Origin: Ruminiclostridium sp.
GTDB taxonomy: Bacteria; Bacillota; Clostridia; Oscillospirales; Ruminococcaceae
Assembly (NCBI GenBank): GCA_017458655.1
Contig: JAFTAG010000002.1
Location: 1-52,808 of the forward strand
DNA: 52,808 nucleotides
Direction: 5' to 3'
The position numbers and the translations under genes are program-made. The notes beneath the pieces are model-generated. The model did no database searches and was not told the origin of the DNA. It was given only the letters and a program-made list of their open reading frames with translations. Shown here in pieces: positions 26,938 to 36,685 of this stretch. Numbering within the stretch: position 1 is the stretch's first letter; every line of letters begins with the position of its first letter.

Positions 26938-28053
26938 ATGTCCTCTAAAAAGAACAGAAACAGGAACAACCGACAGCAGCCGGTTCGTGAGACCGCCGCG
27001 GAACAGCTCACCAAACAGCTGAACACCGAAGACGATAACAACGAGCCTTCCGACAGCAGCTCGATACTTGCCGAATACGAAAGAAAAGCGAGCGAGGCCG
27101 AGCAGAGAATGGCGGAGAGGCTGAAACGCTCGGAACAGGAGCGCGCCGAAAAGGAAATGCCGCAGCCGTCCGCCGATATGAGCGCTCCCGACACAAAAGA
27201 GCCCGGTTCCGATAAAGAAACTGCCGATGGCGAGCCGGAATCCGATGTAAAACAATTCGTTCCGAAAAGCAATACTCCGGATCCGAAGGAAAGCTTCGCC
27301 GACGGTTTCAACGAAGCGCTCTCGGAAAATTATAACGAGCTTGACGAGGAGAATACCGAGCCGCAGGAGGAGCAGAGCGAAGAAGAAGCTCCTGCCCGCC
27401 CGAACAGGTTCTTTCTCGTTTTTGCGGTGTTTGTCATCATTATGTCGATAATCGGCGTAATCTCGTCGGTGAACTTTCTTTCCGGTGTTATATCGGATAT
27501 CGCCAACAGAACCGAGCTCAAGAATGAGATAGCGCTGTTCCTGTATCCTATAGTTTCGGTGGATCCGCCCGACTGCAACAGCCCGGACGAGCTCCCCACG
27601 ACAATTACCGTGGAAGCGGCGATATGGCGTATCATACTCACAGGCGACAATTCCAACTACGAGAAGCTGTACAACACATATATGTATGTGCCCGCGATAG
27701 ATGTCGAGTTCTCCATTCGCTCCATATTCGGCAGCACAGTCGATATCAAGCACCAGACAGTGGGAACAATGGATATTACGTTCACATATATCGAAGATAT
27801 GAACTCTTACCTTGTTCCGATAAATCCGCACTATACCGCATATTCCCCGAGAATAACGGACGTTACGAACATCGGCGAGCTCTACACCGTCACGGTGGAA
27901 TATATCCCGCCGTCCGCGCTTGCCGTAGAGGGTATCGAGTTTGAGGTATCGGCTACCAAAACAATGGTATATACGCTTTCAAAATCGCGCAACAGCACAA
28001 CTCTTCAGTCTATCAAGAATATCACAAGGATCGAGAATTCCTATGGGTATTGA
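26938..28053 (+). CDS. Hypothetical membrane protein (acidic low-complexity N-terminus, one transmembrane segment)
   Basis: 371-aa ORF with AGGAG SD, hydrophobic segment FFLVFAVFVIIMSIIGVISSV, packed into the operon. Confidence 0.8.
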   Translation: MSSKKNRNRNNRQQPVRETAAEQLTKQLNTEDDNNEPSDSSSILAEYERKASEAEQRMAERLKRSEQERAEKEMPQPSADMSAPDTKEPGSDKETADGEPESDVKQFVPKSNTPDPKESFADGFNEALSENYNELDEENTEPQEEQSEEEAPARPNRFFLVFAVFVIIMSIIGVISSVNFLSGVISDIANRTELKNEIALFLYPIVSVDPPDCNSPDELPTTITVEAAIWRIILTGDNSNYEKLYNTYMYVPAIDVEFSIRSIFGSTVDIKHQTVGTMDITFTYIEDMNSYLVPINPHYTAYSPRITDVTNIGELYTVTVEYIPPSALAVEGIEFEVSATKTMVYTLSKSRNSTTLQSIKNITRIENSYGY

Positions 28054-28720
28054 TAAGGAAAATATAGGTGCGGTCATATTCGATCTTGACGGTACGCTGC
28101 TCGACACCGAAAAGCTGCTGTTCAGGTATTGGCGTGAGGCCGCGGCGTTTTACGGATATGATATGAGCCCGGAACAGGCGCTCACTCTGCGAAGCCTTAC
28201 GCACAGGCTCGTGCAGCCTTTGTTCACCGAATGGTTCGGCGAGGGCTGCGATTATATGATGCTTCGGCAGAAGCGTATGGAGCTTATGCAGGCACATATC
28301 GACAAATACGGCGTCGAGGTGAAAAAGGGAGCCCGCAAGCTGCTGAAATATCTCGGTGATAACGGATATATGCGCGCTATTGCGACCGCGACCGACACCG
28401 AGCGCGCCGGAAGGCTGCTGAAAACCGTCGGACTTGATGGGCTGTTCGACCGCATAGTCTGCGCTTCAATGGTGGAATGGGGCAAGCCGAGACCGGATAT
28501 CTACATCTACGCCGCCGGACAGCTTGGCCTCGGGGCTGACCGCTGCATCGCCGTAGAGGATTCGCCGAACGGCGTGATATCCGCACATGATGCGGGCTGC
28601 TTCACCGTAATGGTGCCGGATATGACACAGCCCGATGAAAAGCTTAACGAATATATTTCCGCTGTATGCGGCGATCTTACCGGGATCATAAAACTACTTG
28701 AAGGGAGTCAGAACGAATGA
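28043..28720 (+). CDS. HAD-superfamily phosphatase (subfamily IA)
   Basis: IFDLDGTLLDTE, GKPRPDIY, VEDSPNG; start at MGIDKEN. Confidence 0.9.
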   Translation: MGIDKENIGAVIFDLDGTLLDTEKLLFRYWREAAAFYGYDMSPEQALTLRSLTHRLVQPLFTEWFGEGCDYMMLRQKRMELMQAHIDKYGVEVKKGARKLLKYLGDNGYMRAIATATDTERAGRLLKTVGLDGLFDRIVCASMVEWGKPRPDIYIYAAGQLGLGADRCIAVEDSPNGVISAHDAGCFTVMVPDMTQPDEKLNEYISAVCGDLTGIIKLLEGSQNE

Positions 28721-29652
28721 AATTTCTTACACTGAGCGAACTCAACACATCTGTAAAAAACAACGAGCAGGCATTTATCGAGCAGGCGGAGCAAAATTAC
28801 CGCAATGAGATCAAAAATGTCGCGGATCATATTCTCGACCGCGAGCATCACCTCCCGATTATACTTATTTCGGGGCCGTCAGGCTCGGCAAAGACAACAA
28901 CGGCTTTGCGGCTCGGAACGCTTCTCGGAAACGCGGGCAAGACGGTACACGCCGTATCTATGGATAACTACTTCCGCCCTGTCGGCGACCCCGGCAACGA
29001 GAAAGACGAGGACGGACGTGTTGATCTCGAGAGCCCGAAGCGCCTCGATATGGATCTGCTGAACGAGCAGCTCGAGAAAATGTGGAAATGCGAGGAGGTG
29101 ACGATGCCCACCTTTGATTTTGCTACACAGACAAGAGGCGTCGGCAAGAAACTCAAACGCGAGCACGGCGAATTCGTTATCCTCGAGGGCATACACGCGC
29201 TCAATCCCGAGATAACGGGTAATATCGGCGAGCACGCCACGACCGTTTATGTCAGCGTCAGGACACGTCTCAAACACGACGATAGCAACCTGCTCCACCC
29301 GTCAAAGGTCAGACTTATGAGACGGATAGTCCGCGATAAGCTGTTCAGAGGCAGAGGCGTCGCCGAAACGCTGGATTTCTTCAAATGGGTGCAGCGCGGC
29401 GAACAGCGCTTCATAATGCCCTTCAAGGAAAAGGCCATGTTCGACATCGACACGTTCATAGCTTACGAACCCGCTGTCTATAAGCCTTTCATACTTGATG
29501 AGCTGCTGTCTGTCAAGGATACATATCCCGATTATGAGAATTTCACCGACCTTGAGGAATTCCTCACCGAGATAGAAGGTATGGGCAGAGACGATGTACC
29601 GCTCAATTCTCTTGTAAGAGAGTTCGTCGGCGGAAGTCGCTACGAGTATTGA
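28717..29652 (+). CDS. Uridine/nucleoside kinase-like protein
   Basis: ISGPSGSAKTT, SMDNYF, LEGIHALN, RRIVRDKLFRG. Confidence 0.8.
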   Translation: MKFLTLSELNTSVKNNEQAFIEQAEQNYRNEIKNVADHILDREHHLPIILISGPSGSAKTTTALRLGTLLGNAGKTVHAVSMDNYFRPVGDPGNEKDEDGRVDLESPKRLDMDLLNEQLEKMWKCEEVTMPTFDFATQTRGVGKKLKREHGEFVILEGIHALNPEITGNIGEHATTVYVSVRTRLKHDDSNLLHPSKVRLMRRIVRDKLFRGRGVAETLDFFKWVQRGEQRFIMPFKEKAMFDIDTFIAYEPAVYKPFILDELLSVKDTYPDYENFTDLEEFLTEIEGMGRDDVPLNSLVREFVGGSRYEY

Positions 29653-29816
29653 TGCTACAAAATTATCGCGCGTTGTGCAATTTTAACAAAAAAAGCGGTT
29701 AAAATATAGTATTTTACTAAATTTTATATTAAACTATTGATTTTATCGACAAAAAGGTGTATAATATCTTTAAATACTGTGGTAGTATTATCTTTTGAGT
29801 GCGGAAAGGCAGAAAT

Positions 29817-30722
29817 ATGGAAACTAATATATTGCTTGAAAGCGGAACCAATGAGCTTGAATTGCTCGAATTCTTTGTAGGCGATGAGGATTACGGCATC
29901 AATATCGCCAAGGTCGAGGAAATAATGACTTACCGTGAGGTAACTCCGATGCCTAATGCCCCGGATGAGATCGAGGGCTTGTTTATGCCCCGTGATAAGA
30001 TCATCACCGTCGTGGATCTTCATAAAGTCCTCGGAAAGAAGCTCCCCGAAGGAAACGACGGCCTTCTTATCCTGTGCGAGTTCAACGGGCTCGATATCGC
30101 TTTCCATACCACAAGCGTAAAGGGAATACAGCGTATCAGCTGGAGCAGCATCGAAAAGCCCCCTACAGTCGCAAACAACAGCCAGGCCGGGATCTCCACC
30201 GGTATCGCCAAGATCGAAGGCAGGATCATTGTAATTCTCGACTTTGAGAAGATAATCTCCGACCTTAACAGCTCGGCTTCGCTTGATATGTCCGGTATGG
30301 ATCACGTTGAATCCACACGCGACACAAGGTTCGATACAAAGATAGTTATCGCGGAAGACTCTCCGTTCCTCAACAAGCTCGTTGTAAACGCTATCACAGA
30401 CGCCGGCTTCCACAATATCGCGTCATTCTCCAACGGTCTCGAAGCATGGAACTATATCTCGTCCTTCAACGACAAGGGCGATGACATACTTGACTATATC
30501 GGCCTTATCGTGAGCGATATCGAGATGCCGCAGATGGACGGCCACAGACTTACAAAGCTTGTGAAGTCGGACGAGGTGCTCAAAAAGATACCCGTATTCC
30601 TGTTCTCGTCTCTCATAGATGAAACTATGAAGCGCAAGGGGATCAGTGTAGGCGCTGATGAGCAGTTCTCAAAACCGCAGATAGCTTCACTTGTTCAGGC
30701 TATCGTCAGACGCGTATCATAA
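29817..30722 (+). CDS. cheV: Chemotaxis protein CheV (CheW plus receiver)
   Basis: GTNELELLEF...YGINIAKVEEI CheW domain; AEDS, SDIEMPQMDG, FSSL, SKP receiver motifs. Confidence 0.9.
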   Translation: METNILLESGTNELELLEFFVGDEDYGINIAKVEEIMTYREVTPMPNAPDEIEGLFMPRDKIITVVDLHKVLGKKLPEGNDGLLILCEFNGLDIAFHTTSVKGIQRISWSSIEKPPTVANNSQAGISTGIAKIEGRIIVILDFEKIISDLNSSASLDMSGMDHVESTRDTRFDTKIVIAEDSPFLNKLVVNAITDAGFHNIASFSNGLEAWNYISSFNDKGDDILDYIGLIVSDIEMPQMDGHRLTKLVKSDEVLKKIPVFLFSSLIDETMKRKGISVGADEQFSKPQIASLVQAIVRRVS

Positions 30723-30735
30723 TAATTACCGATAC

Positions 30736-30770
30736 GGGCACTTCCCCGCTCTGTGTGGAAGTGCCCTTTT
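30736..30770 (+). terminator. Intrinsic terminator after cheV
   Basis: gggcacttcc...ggaagtgccctttt. Confidence 0.75.
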
Positions 30771-30779
30771 GTATTTTAG

Positions 30780-30930
30780 AATGTGATCAACCGGATAATT
30801 CACCATTTAATTAAGCGCGCAGCGCAACCACAACTATTCATTATTCATTTTTTTCACTATTTACGGGCAGAAATAATGAATGGTGAATAGTGAATAGTTG
30901 TGGAGCGGCTTCGCCGCATATCTGAATAAG
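30780..30930. repeat. Composite heptamer/palindrome repeat element, copy D
   Basis: aatgtgatcaaccggataattcaccatttaattaagcgcgcagcgcaaccacaactattcattattca...gaaataatgaatggtgaatagtgaatagttgtggagcggcttcgccgcatatctgaataa; collinear with copy A. Confidence 0.87.
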
Positions 30931-31088
30931 AACGCAGAAGGATTTTTCAATAAAATTTCGCAAAAAGGTTGCAAAATTGAATATGATGTGATATAATTAA
31001 TATGTATATTTGTGCGGAATTTTGTATAGTATTGAAGCAGCGGGAACAGATCCGCTTTTATTGCTGTTTTGAAAGGAAATTTTTCATT

Positions 31089-32912
31089 ATGTGCGGAATA
31101 GTCGGATATACAGGAAAAAAAGCCTGTGAGGATATCCTTGTAAGCTCACTTAAAAAGCTCGAATACCGCGGTTATGACAGCGCCGGTATAGCCGTTATCG
31201 AGGACGGCATAATCAGAACCGTCAAGGCCGCCGGAAGAATAAAGGACGGACTTGAAGCAAAGCTTGCCGATACAGAGCCCTTCAAGGCTGTGACCGGTAT
31301 AGGCCATACCCGCTGGGCGACCCACGGAGAGCCGAGCGATATCAACAGCCACCCTATCGGCAACAGCCGCGTTTCTATCGTACATAACGGCATTATCGAA
31401 AATTACAGGAAGCTCAAAAGCTTTCTTACCGAGAAAGGCTATGTCTTTGAGAGCGAGACCGATACGGAGACTGTCGCAAAGCTGCTCGATTTCTACTATA
31501 ACGGCGACCCGGTAGATGCGATATCGAAGGCAGTCACCGATATCGAGGGAGCTTACGCGCTCGGCATCGTTTTCAGGGATCACCCCGATATGATATACGC
31601 CGTCCGCAAGGACAGCCCGCTTATCGTCGGCATCGGCGAGGGTGAGATGTTCATAGCGTCGGATATGACCGCCCTGCTCGAATACACAAAAAAATATTAC
31701 CTGCTCGAGACCGGGGAGATAGCTTCGCTGTCAAAAGAGGGTGTGACATTCTGCGACATTCACGGGAACAGCATCACCAAGGAAGTACATACCGCGACGT
31801 GGGACTTTTCCGAAGCACAGAAGGGCGGATATGAGCACTTTATGCTCAAGGAGATACACGAACAGCCTGACGCTGTCCGCAAGACCATTTCTCCGCGCAT
31901 CAAGGACGGTCTTCCCTGCTTTGAGGAATGCGGGCTGACCGATGAGATGCTCCGCAGCTATCACCACATCTACTTCATCGCCTGCGGTTCCGCGATGCAC
32001 GCGGGCGTTGTGGGAAAATATATCGTCGAGGGGCTTGCGAGAACGCCCGTTATAGTTGATATCGCGTCGGAGTTCAGATACCGCAACCCCCTGCTCGCGA
32101 GTGACGACCTCGTCGTAATTATCTCGCAGTCGGGTGAGACAGCCGACACAAAGGCGGCGCTCGAGCTTGCAAACAAGGTCGGCGCAGATACGCTCGCTAT
32201 CGTGAACGTTGTGGGCTCGTCCATCGCGCGTGAAGCCAAAATGGTGATGTACACATACGCCGGCCCCGAGATATCCGTTGCATCAACAAAGGCATATATG
32301 GTGCAGAACGCGTTCATGTATCTGCTCGCGTTCAGAGTCGCGCTCGCAAGAGGACGTATAAGCGAGGAAGAATGCAGAAAGCTGGTTGCGTCGCTTGAAG
32401 AGATACCCGGAAAGATCGAGAGGATACTCTCCGACCTTGACCCGTACCGCAAAGCCGCTTCAAAGCTTATGAGCGCGAACAGCCTGCTTTACATCGGACG
32501 CGGCCTCGACTATGCGCTCAGTATGGAGGGCTCGCTGAAGCTCAAAGAGATATCGTATATCCATTCCGAGAGCTACGCGGCGGGCGAGCTGAAACACGGT
32601 ACTATCTCGCTCATCGAGAAGAATATGCCTGTGATCGCCGTTACCACGCAGCGCGAACTGCTCGCAAAGACTATCAGCAATATGCGCGAGGTAAAGACAC
32701 GCGGAGCCTATGTCATTGACGTATGCCCCGAAGATGTGAGCATTGACGCGGAAAGCGCGGACTTTGTCATCAATATACCCTCTGCCGATGATATAATAAT
32801 GCCGCTTGTGGCGGTCGTGCCGCTACAGCTCATCGCATATTACACCGCCGTATTACGCGGAAATGATGTAGATAAGCCGAGAAACCTCGCAAAATCGGTT
32901 ACTGTCGAATAA
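31089..32912 (+). CDS. glmS: Glutamine--fructose-6-phosphate transaminase
   Basis: MCGIVG start (catalytic Cys), LEYRGYDSAG, GHTRWATHG, PRNLAKSVTVE. Confidence 0.97.
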   Translation: MCGIVGYTGKKACEDILVSSLKKLEYRGYDSAGIAVIEDGIIRTVKAAGRIKDGLEAKLADTEPFKAVTGIGHTRWATHGEPSDINSHPIGNSRVSIVHNGIIENYRKLKSFLTEKGYVFESETDTETVAKLLDFYYNGDPVDAISKAVTDIEGAYALGIVFRDHPDMIYAVRKDSPLIVGIGEGEMFIASDMTALLEYTKKYYLLETGEIASLSKEGVTFCDIHGNSITKEVHTATWDFSEAQKGGYEHFMLKEIHEQPDAVRKTISPRIKDGLPCFEECGLTDEMLRSYHHIYFIACGSAMHAGVVGKYIVEGLARTPVIVDIASEFRYRNPLLASDDLVVIISQSGETADTKAALELANKVGADTLAIVNVVGSSIAREAKMVMYTYAGPEISVASTKAYMVQNAFMYLLAFRVALARGRISEEECRKLVASLEEIPGKIERILSDLDPYRKAASKLMSANSLLYIGRGLDYALSMEGSLKLKEISYIHSESYAAGELKHGTISLIEKNMPVIAVTTQRELLAKTISNMREVKTRGAYVIDVCPEDVSIDAESADFVINIPSADDIIMPLVAVVPLQLIAYYTAVLRGNDVDKPRNLAKSVTVE

Positions 32913-32948
32913 AACATACAAATTTCATAAAAAGCAAGGATATGAACA

Positions 32949-34052
32949 ATGGATGAGAACAATATCGTTCCGGACAGCTTAGATCCCGTCCTTGACGTCT
33001 GGACAAAGCTGTCGGAGACGAAAAAGCCTATAATAATGTACGGAATGGGCGACGGCGCGGAGAAGATACTTGCCGTAATGGAGAATTTCGGCATCGAGCC
33101 TGCCGATTTTATGGCAAGCGATGATTTTGTGCGCGGCCACAGCTTCAAAGGCCACAGAGTAAAGAAGCTCTCCGAGATAGAGAAGCTGTACAAGGATTTT
33201 ATAGTTGTGGTATGCTTCGGAACACAGCTTCCCGAGGTTATGGAGCATATAGAGGAAATAAGCCGTAAATACGAGACCGTTGCGCCGGACGTTCCGGTGG
33301 TCGGTGACGGGCTTTTCGACGGGGACTATATTTCGGATCACGAGTTTGAGATTATGTCGCTTAAGAGCATACTCGCGGACGATGAATCCCGTAAATGCCT
33401 CGATCTTATAATGAAATACCGCATTTCCGGGAGCATCGATGTTCTTCGGAGCTGCGAGACGCCGAAGGAAGCCATGTTCGATATACTGAATATCGGCACG
33501 AATGAGACTTATGTCGATCTCGGCGCATACAGCGGCGATACCGTAGAGGAATTTCTCCGAATCACCGGCAAGCAGTTCAACAAGATATATGCGCTCGAGC
33601 CCGACAGACGGAATTTCTCCCGCCTTCGCCGACGGCTGTACTATATCAGCGGCGGACTGCTCGAAGCGAGAAATGAAGCGGCCTGGAGCAGCGATACAAC
33701 GCTGTATTTCTACAACAAGGCCGGCAGGAGTTCGTCTCTCACCGACAATATCTCCGAACAGACAAAGGGACGCTGCGTCGAAACGCCCGCGAGGAGCGTT
33801 GACAGCATTCTTGACGGCAAGCCCGCAACCCTGATAAAGTATGACGTTGAAGGCAGCGAAAGAGAAGCGCTGCTCGGTACGGCACAGACGATACAGACAT
33901 TCAGACCGCGGCTCATAGTTTCGCTTTACCACAGGGTCGAGGATCTTATCGAGCTTCCCCTGCTTATCCACGATATCAGACCCGATTACAGGCTGTATCT
34001 GCGGCATCACCCGTATATCCCCGCTTGGGACACCAATCTTTATTGCATTTAG
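32949..34052 (+). CDS. FkbM family methyltransferase
   Basis: YVDLGAYSGDT, ALEPD, IKYDVEGSE, VSLYH. Confidence 0.85.
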   Translation: MDENNIVPDSLDPVLDVWTKLSETKKPIIMYGMGDGAEKILAVMENFGIEPADFMASDDFVRGHSFKGHRVKKLSEIEKLYKDFIVVVCFGTQLPEVMEHIEEISRKYETVAPDVPVVGDGLFDGDYISDHEFEIMSLKSILADDESRKCLDLIMKYRISGSIDVLRSCETPKEAMFDILNIGTNETYVDLGAYSGDTVEEFLRITGKQFNKIYALEPDRRNFSRLRRRLYYISGGLLEARNEAAWSSDTTLYFYNKAGRSSSLTDNISEQTKGRCVETPARSVDSILDGKPATLIKYDVEGSEREALLGTAQTIQTFRPRLIVSLYHRVEDLIELPLLIHDIRPDYRLYLRHHPYIPAWDTNLYCI

Positions 34053-34109
34053 CATTGAAAAAGGACATTTCAATTACTCTGGAAGGAAAACTAAAAGGAA
34101 AATTTAAAA

Positions 34110-34853
34110 ATGAAAAAAGCAGTTATAGTTATGCTGATACTGCTCGTTGTCGGAATTGTCGGTTATTTCGTGTATGGCGAGATAACCGTAAAAGAGATAG
34201 TATATGTCAAGGATACTACAAACGACACGGGAGACGGACGATACTCGGTAAAGAGGCTCTACAGCTCGGACGTTGATATTGAGGAATTCAACAAAAAGGT
34301 CGAAAACCTCATTATGCTGGAGTTTACCGATGAGGATATCGAAGCGGCGGCACTCAGCGCGGGAATACCGCAGTTTTACCCGGCGTTCCATATACTTACA
34401 TACAAGCCTACCGGTAAGCAGGACATCATTTTTATGGATCTTAAGGCGGTGCAGGAGATCGCCGCGGGTCAGACAAATGTCGATTACAGTATGGAAGACC
34501 TGAAGCTCGAGATATCCACCACGGGAGTTTCCATAACCGAAGCGGAAGCTATCGGCACGGACAGCCTCAATCATACCATAAACGAAGCGATACTCAAAAA
34601 CGAACAGGGCACCGGAATGATGTTCGGGCTGAATGACTCCGGCACCGCAAAGCTGACGTTTGAAGGCACTACAGGCACCGTTACCCTGCAATATACGTTC
34701 GATATAAAGAAAAATACGCTGATCCCCAGAAAAGCCGTTACAGGCTGCCTCGTAATGATAAAAGTGAACATCATCACCAACGCAAAGGGTGAGACGGAAA
34801 TAACATACGAGTTGGATCCCGCTTCTACCATAGATGAATATAATGAACAGTAA
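34110..34853 (+). CDS. Hypothetical exported/membrane-anchored protein
   Basis: MKK followed by a hydrophobic N-terminal segment; 247 aa; AAGGA SD. Confidence 0.75.
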   Translation: MKKAVIVMLILLVVGIVGYFVYGEITVKEIVYVKDTTNDTGDGRYSVKRLYSSDVDIEEFNKKVENLIMLEFTDEDIEAAALSAGIPQFYPAFHILTYKPTGKQDIIFMDLKAVQEIAAGQTNVDYSMEDLKLEISTTGVSITEAEAIGTDSLNHTINEAILKNEQGTGMMFGLNDSGTAKLTFEGTTGTVTLQYTFDIKKNTLIPRKAVTGCLVMIKVNIITNAKGETEITYELDPASTIDEYNEQ

Positions 34854-34995
34854 TCTTTCGTAATTTTGTTTTTTAATAGTTAAAATAAACAAAAGTTGCA
34901 CCTTTTATTGCAGGAATACAAAAAATAACTTGCAATTTCCGATGATTCGTGTATAATAATAAGTGAAATATACACATTTTTATCGGAGGTCAACC

Positions 34996-36267
34996 ATGTA
35001 TAAGGATTATTCAATGGAACAGTTATTGGAACTTCAGAAATGTCTTCAGAAGGAACACGCAGATTTCGCAGCGCAGGGTCTTAAACTCAATATGGCGCGC
35101 GGAAAGCCCGCTCCCGATCAGCTCAAGCTCTCGGAAGCCATGCTGCGTGACGACCTTGGCGACTGCCTTGCGGCCGACGGTACCGATTGCCGCAACTACG
35201 GCGTGCTCGACGGTCTGCCGGAAGCAAAGGAGCTTCTGCGCCCTATGCTCGGCGTGGCTATGGACGAGATTATCGTAGGCGGAAATTCCAGTCTGCAGCT
35301 TATGTATGATACCATAATGATGGCTATGATGCTCGGCGTTCCGGGCGGAAAGAAGCCGTGGAGCAGATACGACCACGTCAAGTTCCTCTGCCCTTCCCCG
35401 GGATATGACAGGCATTTCGCTATCTGCCAGAGCCTCGGCATCGAGATGATAACCGTTCCGTATCACGACGACGGCCCGGATATGGATATGGTGGAGAAGC
35501 TCGTTTCCGAAGACGAGGAGGTCAAGGGGATCTGGTGCGTTCCGACATATTCCAACCCGACAGGCATTTCTTATTCCGACAAGGTCGTAAAGCGCTTCGC
35601 GGCTCTTAAGCCCAAAGCCGACGACTTTCGCATATACTGGGATAACGCATACTGCATACATCATCTTGACGATAAACACGATGTTGTCCTCAATATTCTC
35701 GACGAATGCAAGAAGAAAGGCAGCGAGAATATGGTCCTGATGTTCGCGTCAACCTCAAAGGTGACGTTCCCCGGCGCGGGTATCGCTTGCATAGGCGCGA
35801 GCAAGGAGAATATCGACTACATCAAGAGCAAGATGACATATCAGACCATTGGCTTCGATAAGCTGAATCAGCTCCGTCACGTCAGATTTTTCAAGGATTT
35901 CAACGGTATGGTAAAGCATATGGAGCTTCATCGCGCCATAATTGCACCCAAGTTCGATGTTGTGATAACGACACTCGAAAAAGAGATAGCTCCGCATGCT
36001 ATCGGCGGCTGGCACGCTCCAAAAGGCGGTTATTTCATCTCGTTCACGGGATTTGACGGCACCGCAAAAAGAACCGTAGAGCTCTGCAAGCAGGCGGGGG
36101 TTGTGCTTACCAACGCGGGTGCTACCTATCCCTACGGTAACGACCCTTACGATAACAACATCAGGATCGCGCCTACCTTCCCTACTGTTGAGGAGCTTCA
36201 GAAGGCAATGGAGATCTTCTGCTGCAGCGTAAAGCTTGCAACAGTTGAAAAAATGCTTGAAATCTGA
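34996..36267 (+). CDS. PLP-dependent class I/II aminotransferase (putative aspartate aminotransferase)
   Basis: LNMARGKP, RNYG, PGYDRHF, WDNAY, STSKVTFPG, IRIAPTFP; GGAGG SD before ATG 34996. Confidence 0.88.
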   Translation: MYKDYSMEQLLELQKCLQKEHADFAAQGLKLNMARGKPAPDQLKLSEAMLRDDLGDCLAADGTDCRNYGVLDGLPEAKELLRPMLGVAMDEIIVGGNSSLQLMYDTIMMAMMLGVPGGKKPWSRYDHVKFLCPSPGYDRHFAICQSLGIEMITVPYHDDGPDMDMVEKLVSEDEEVKGIWCVPTYSNPTGISYSDKVVKRFAALKPKADDFRIYWDNAYCIHHLDDKHDVVLNILDECKKKGSENMVLMFASTSKVTFPGAGIACIGASKENIDYIKSKMTYQTIGFDKLNQLRHVRFFKDFNGMVKHMELHRAIIAPKFDVVITTLEKEIAPHAIGGWHAPKGGYFISFTGFDGTAKRTVELCKQAGVVLTNAGATYPYGNDPYDNNIRIAPTFPTVEELQKAMEIFCCSVKLATVEKMLEI

Positions 36268-36324
36268 GAAAAAATATGCTATAATATTATACAGTGAGAT
36301 CGGTGTTACGTTTTCACTGTATTT

Positions 36325-36401
36325 GCGTCTGTAGCTCATTTGGATAGAGCAGCAGCCTCCGACGCTGCGTGCGGTGGGTTCGAATCCCGTCAGGCGCACC
36401 A
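36325..36401 (+). tRNA. tRNA-Arg (CCG)
   Basis: gcgtctg/caggcgc acceptor stem, D loop with A20, gcagc-ct-CCG-ac-gctgc anticodon arm, GGTTCGAATCC, encoded CCA. Confidence 0.93.
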
Positions 36402-36685
36402 ACAGCAAAACCGCATTTCAGCCGCAAACCCGCGCTGTTATGCGGTTTTCTCATTCCTGTGATTTTCTGATTATGATGCTGTAAAGCGGCTTTAAAAGTC
36501 CCTGCTTGAACATTTTTTACCGAAATTGAAATTACCGCAACGGTATTTCAACAATTTTGTAGATGTGCATAAATTTTCGCAGCGAATTATGTGCAATCTA
36601 CCGTTTTTCATATACTCCCACGCGGCAGTCGCTTAATAGAGCAAAATGCTCCAAACCGCTTAACAACACGGTTCGGAGCCGATCT

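Noticed and set aside
30965-31088. glmS ribozyme upstream of glmS
   Set aside because: The leader after the predicted promoter is only about 85 nt and lacks the conserved AGCGCC cleavage-site core.
36325-36401. CGG codon reassignment suggested by the tRNA-CCG loop (A37)
   Set aside because: The tRNA keeps the Arg identity element A20, and CGG encodes the conserved Arg of the MerR LRHY motif.
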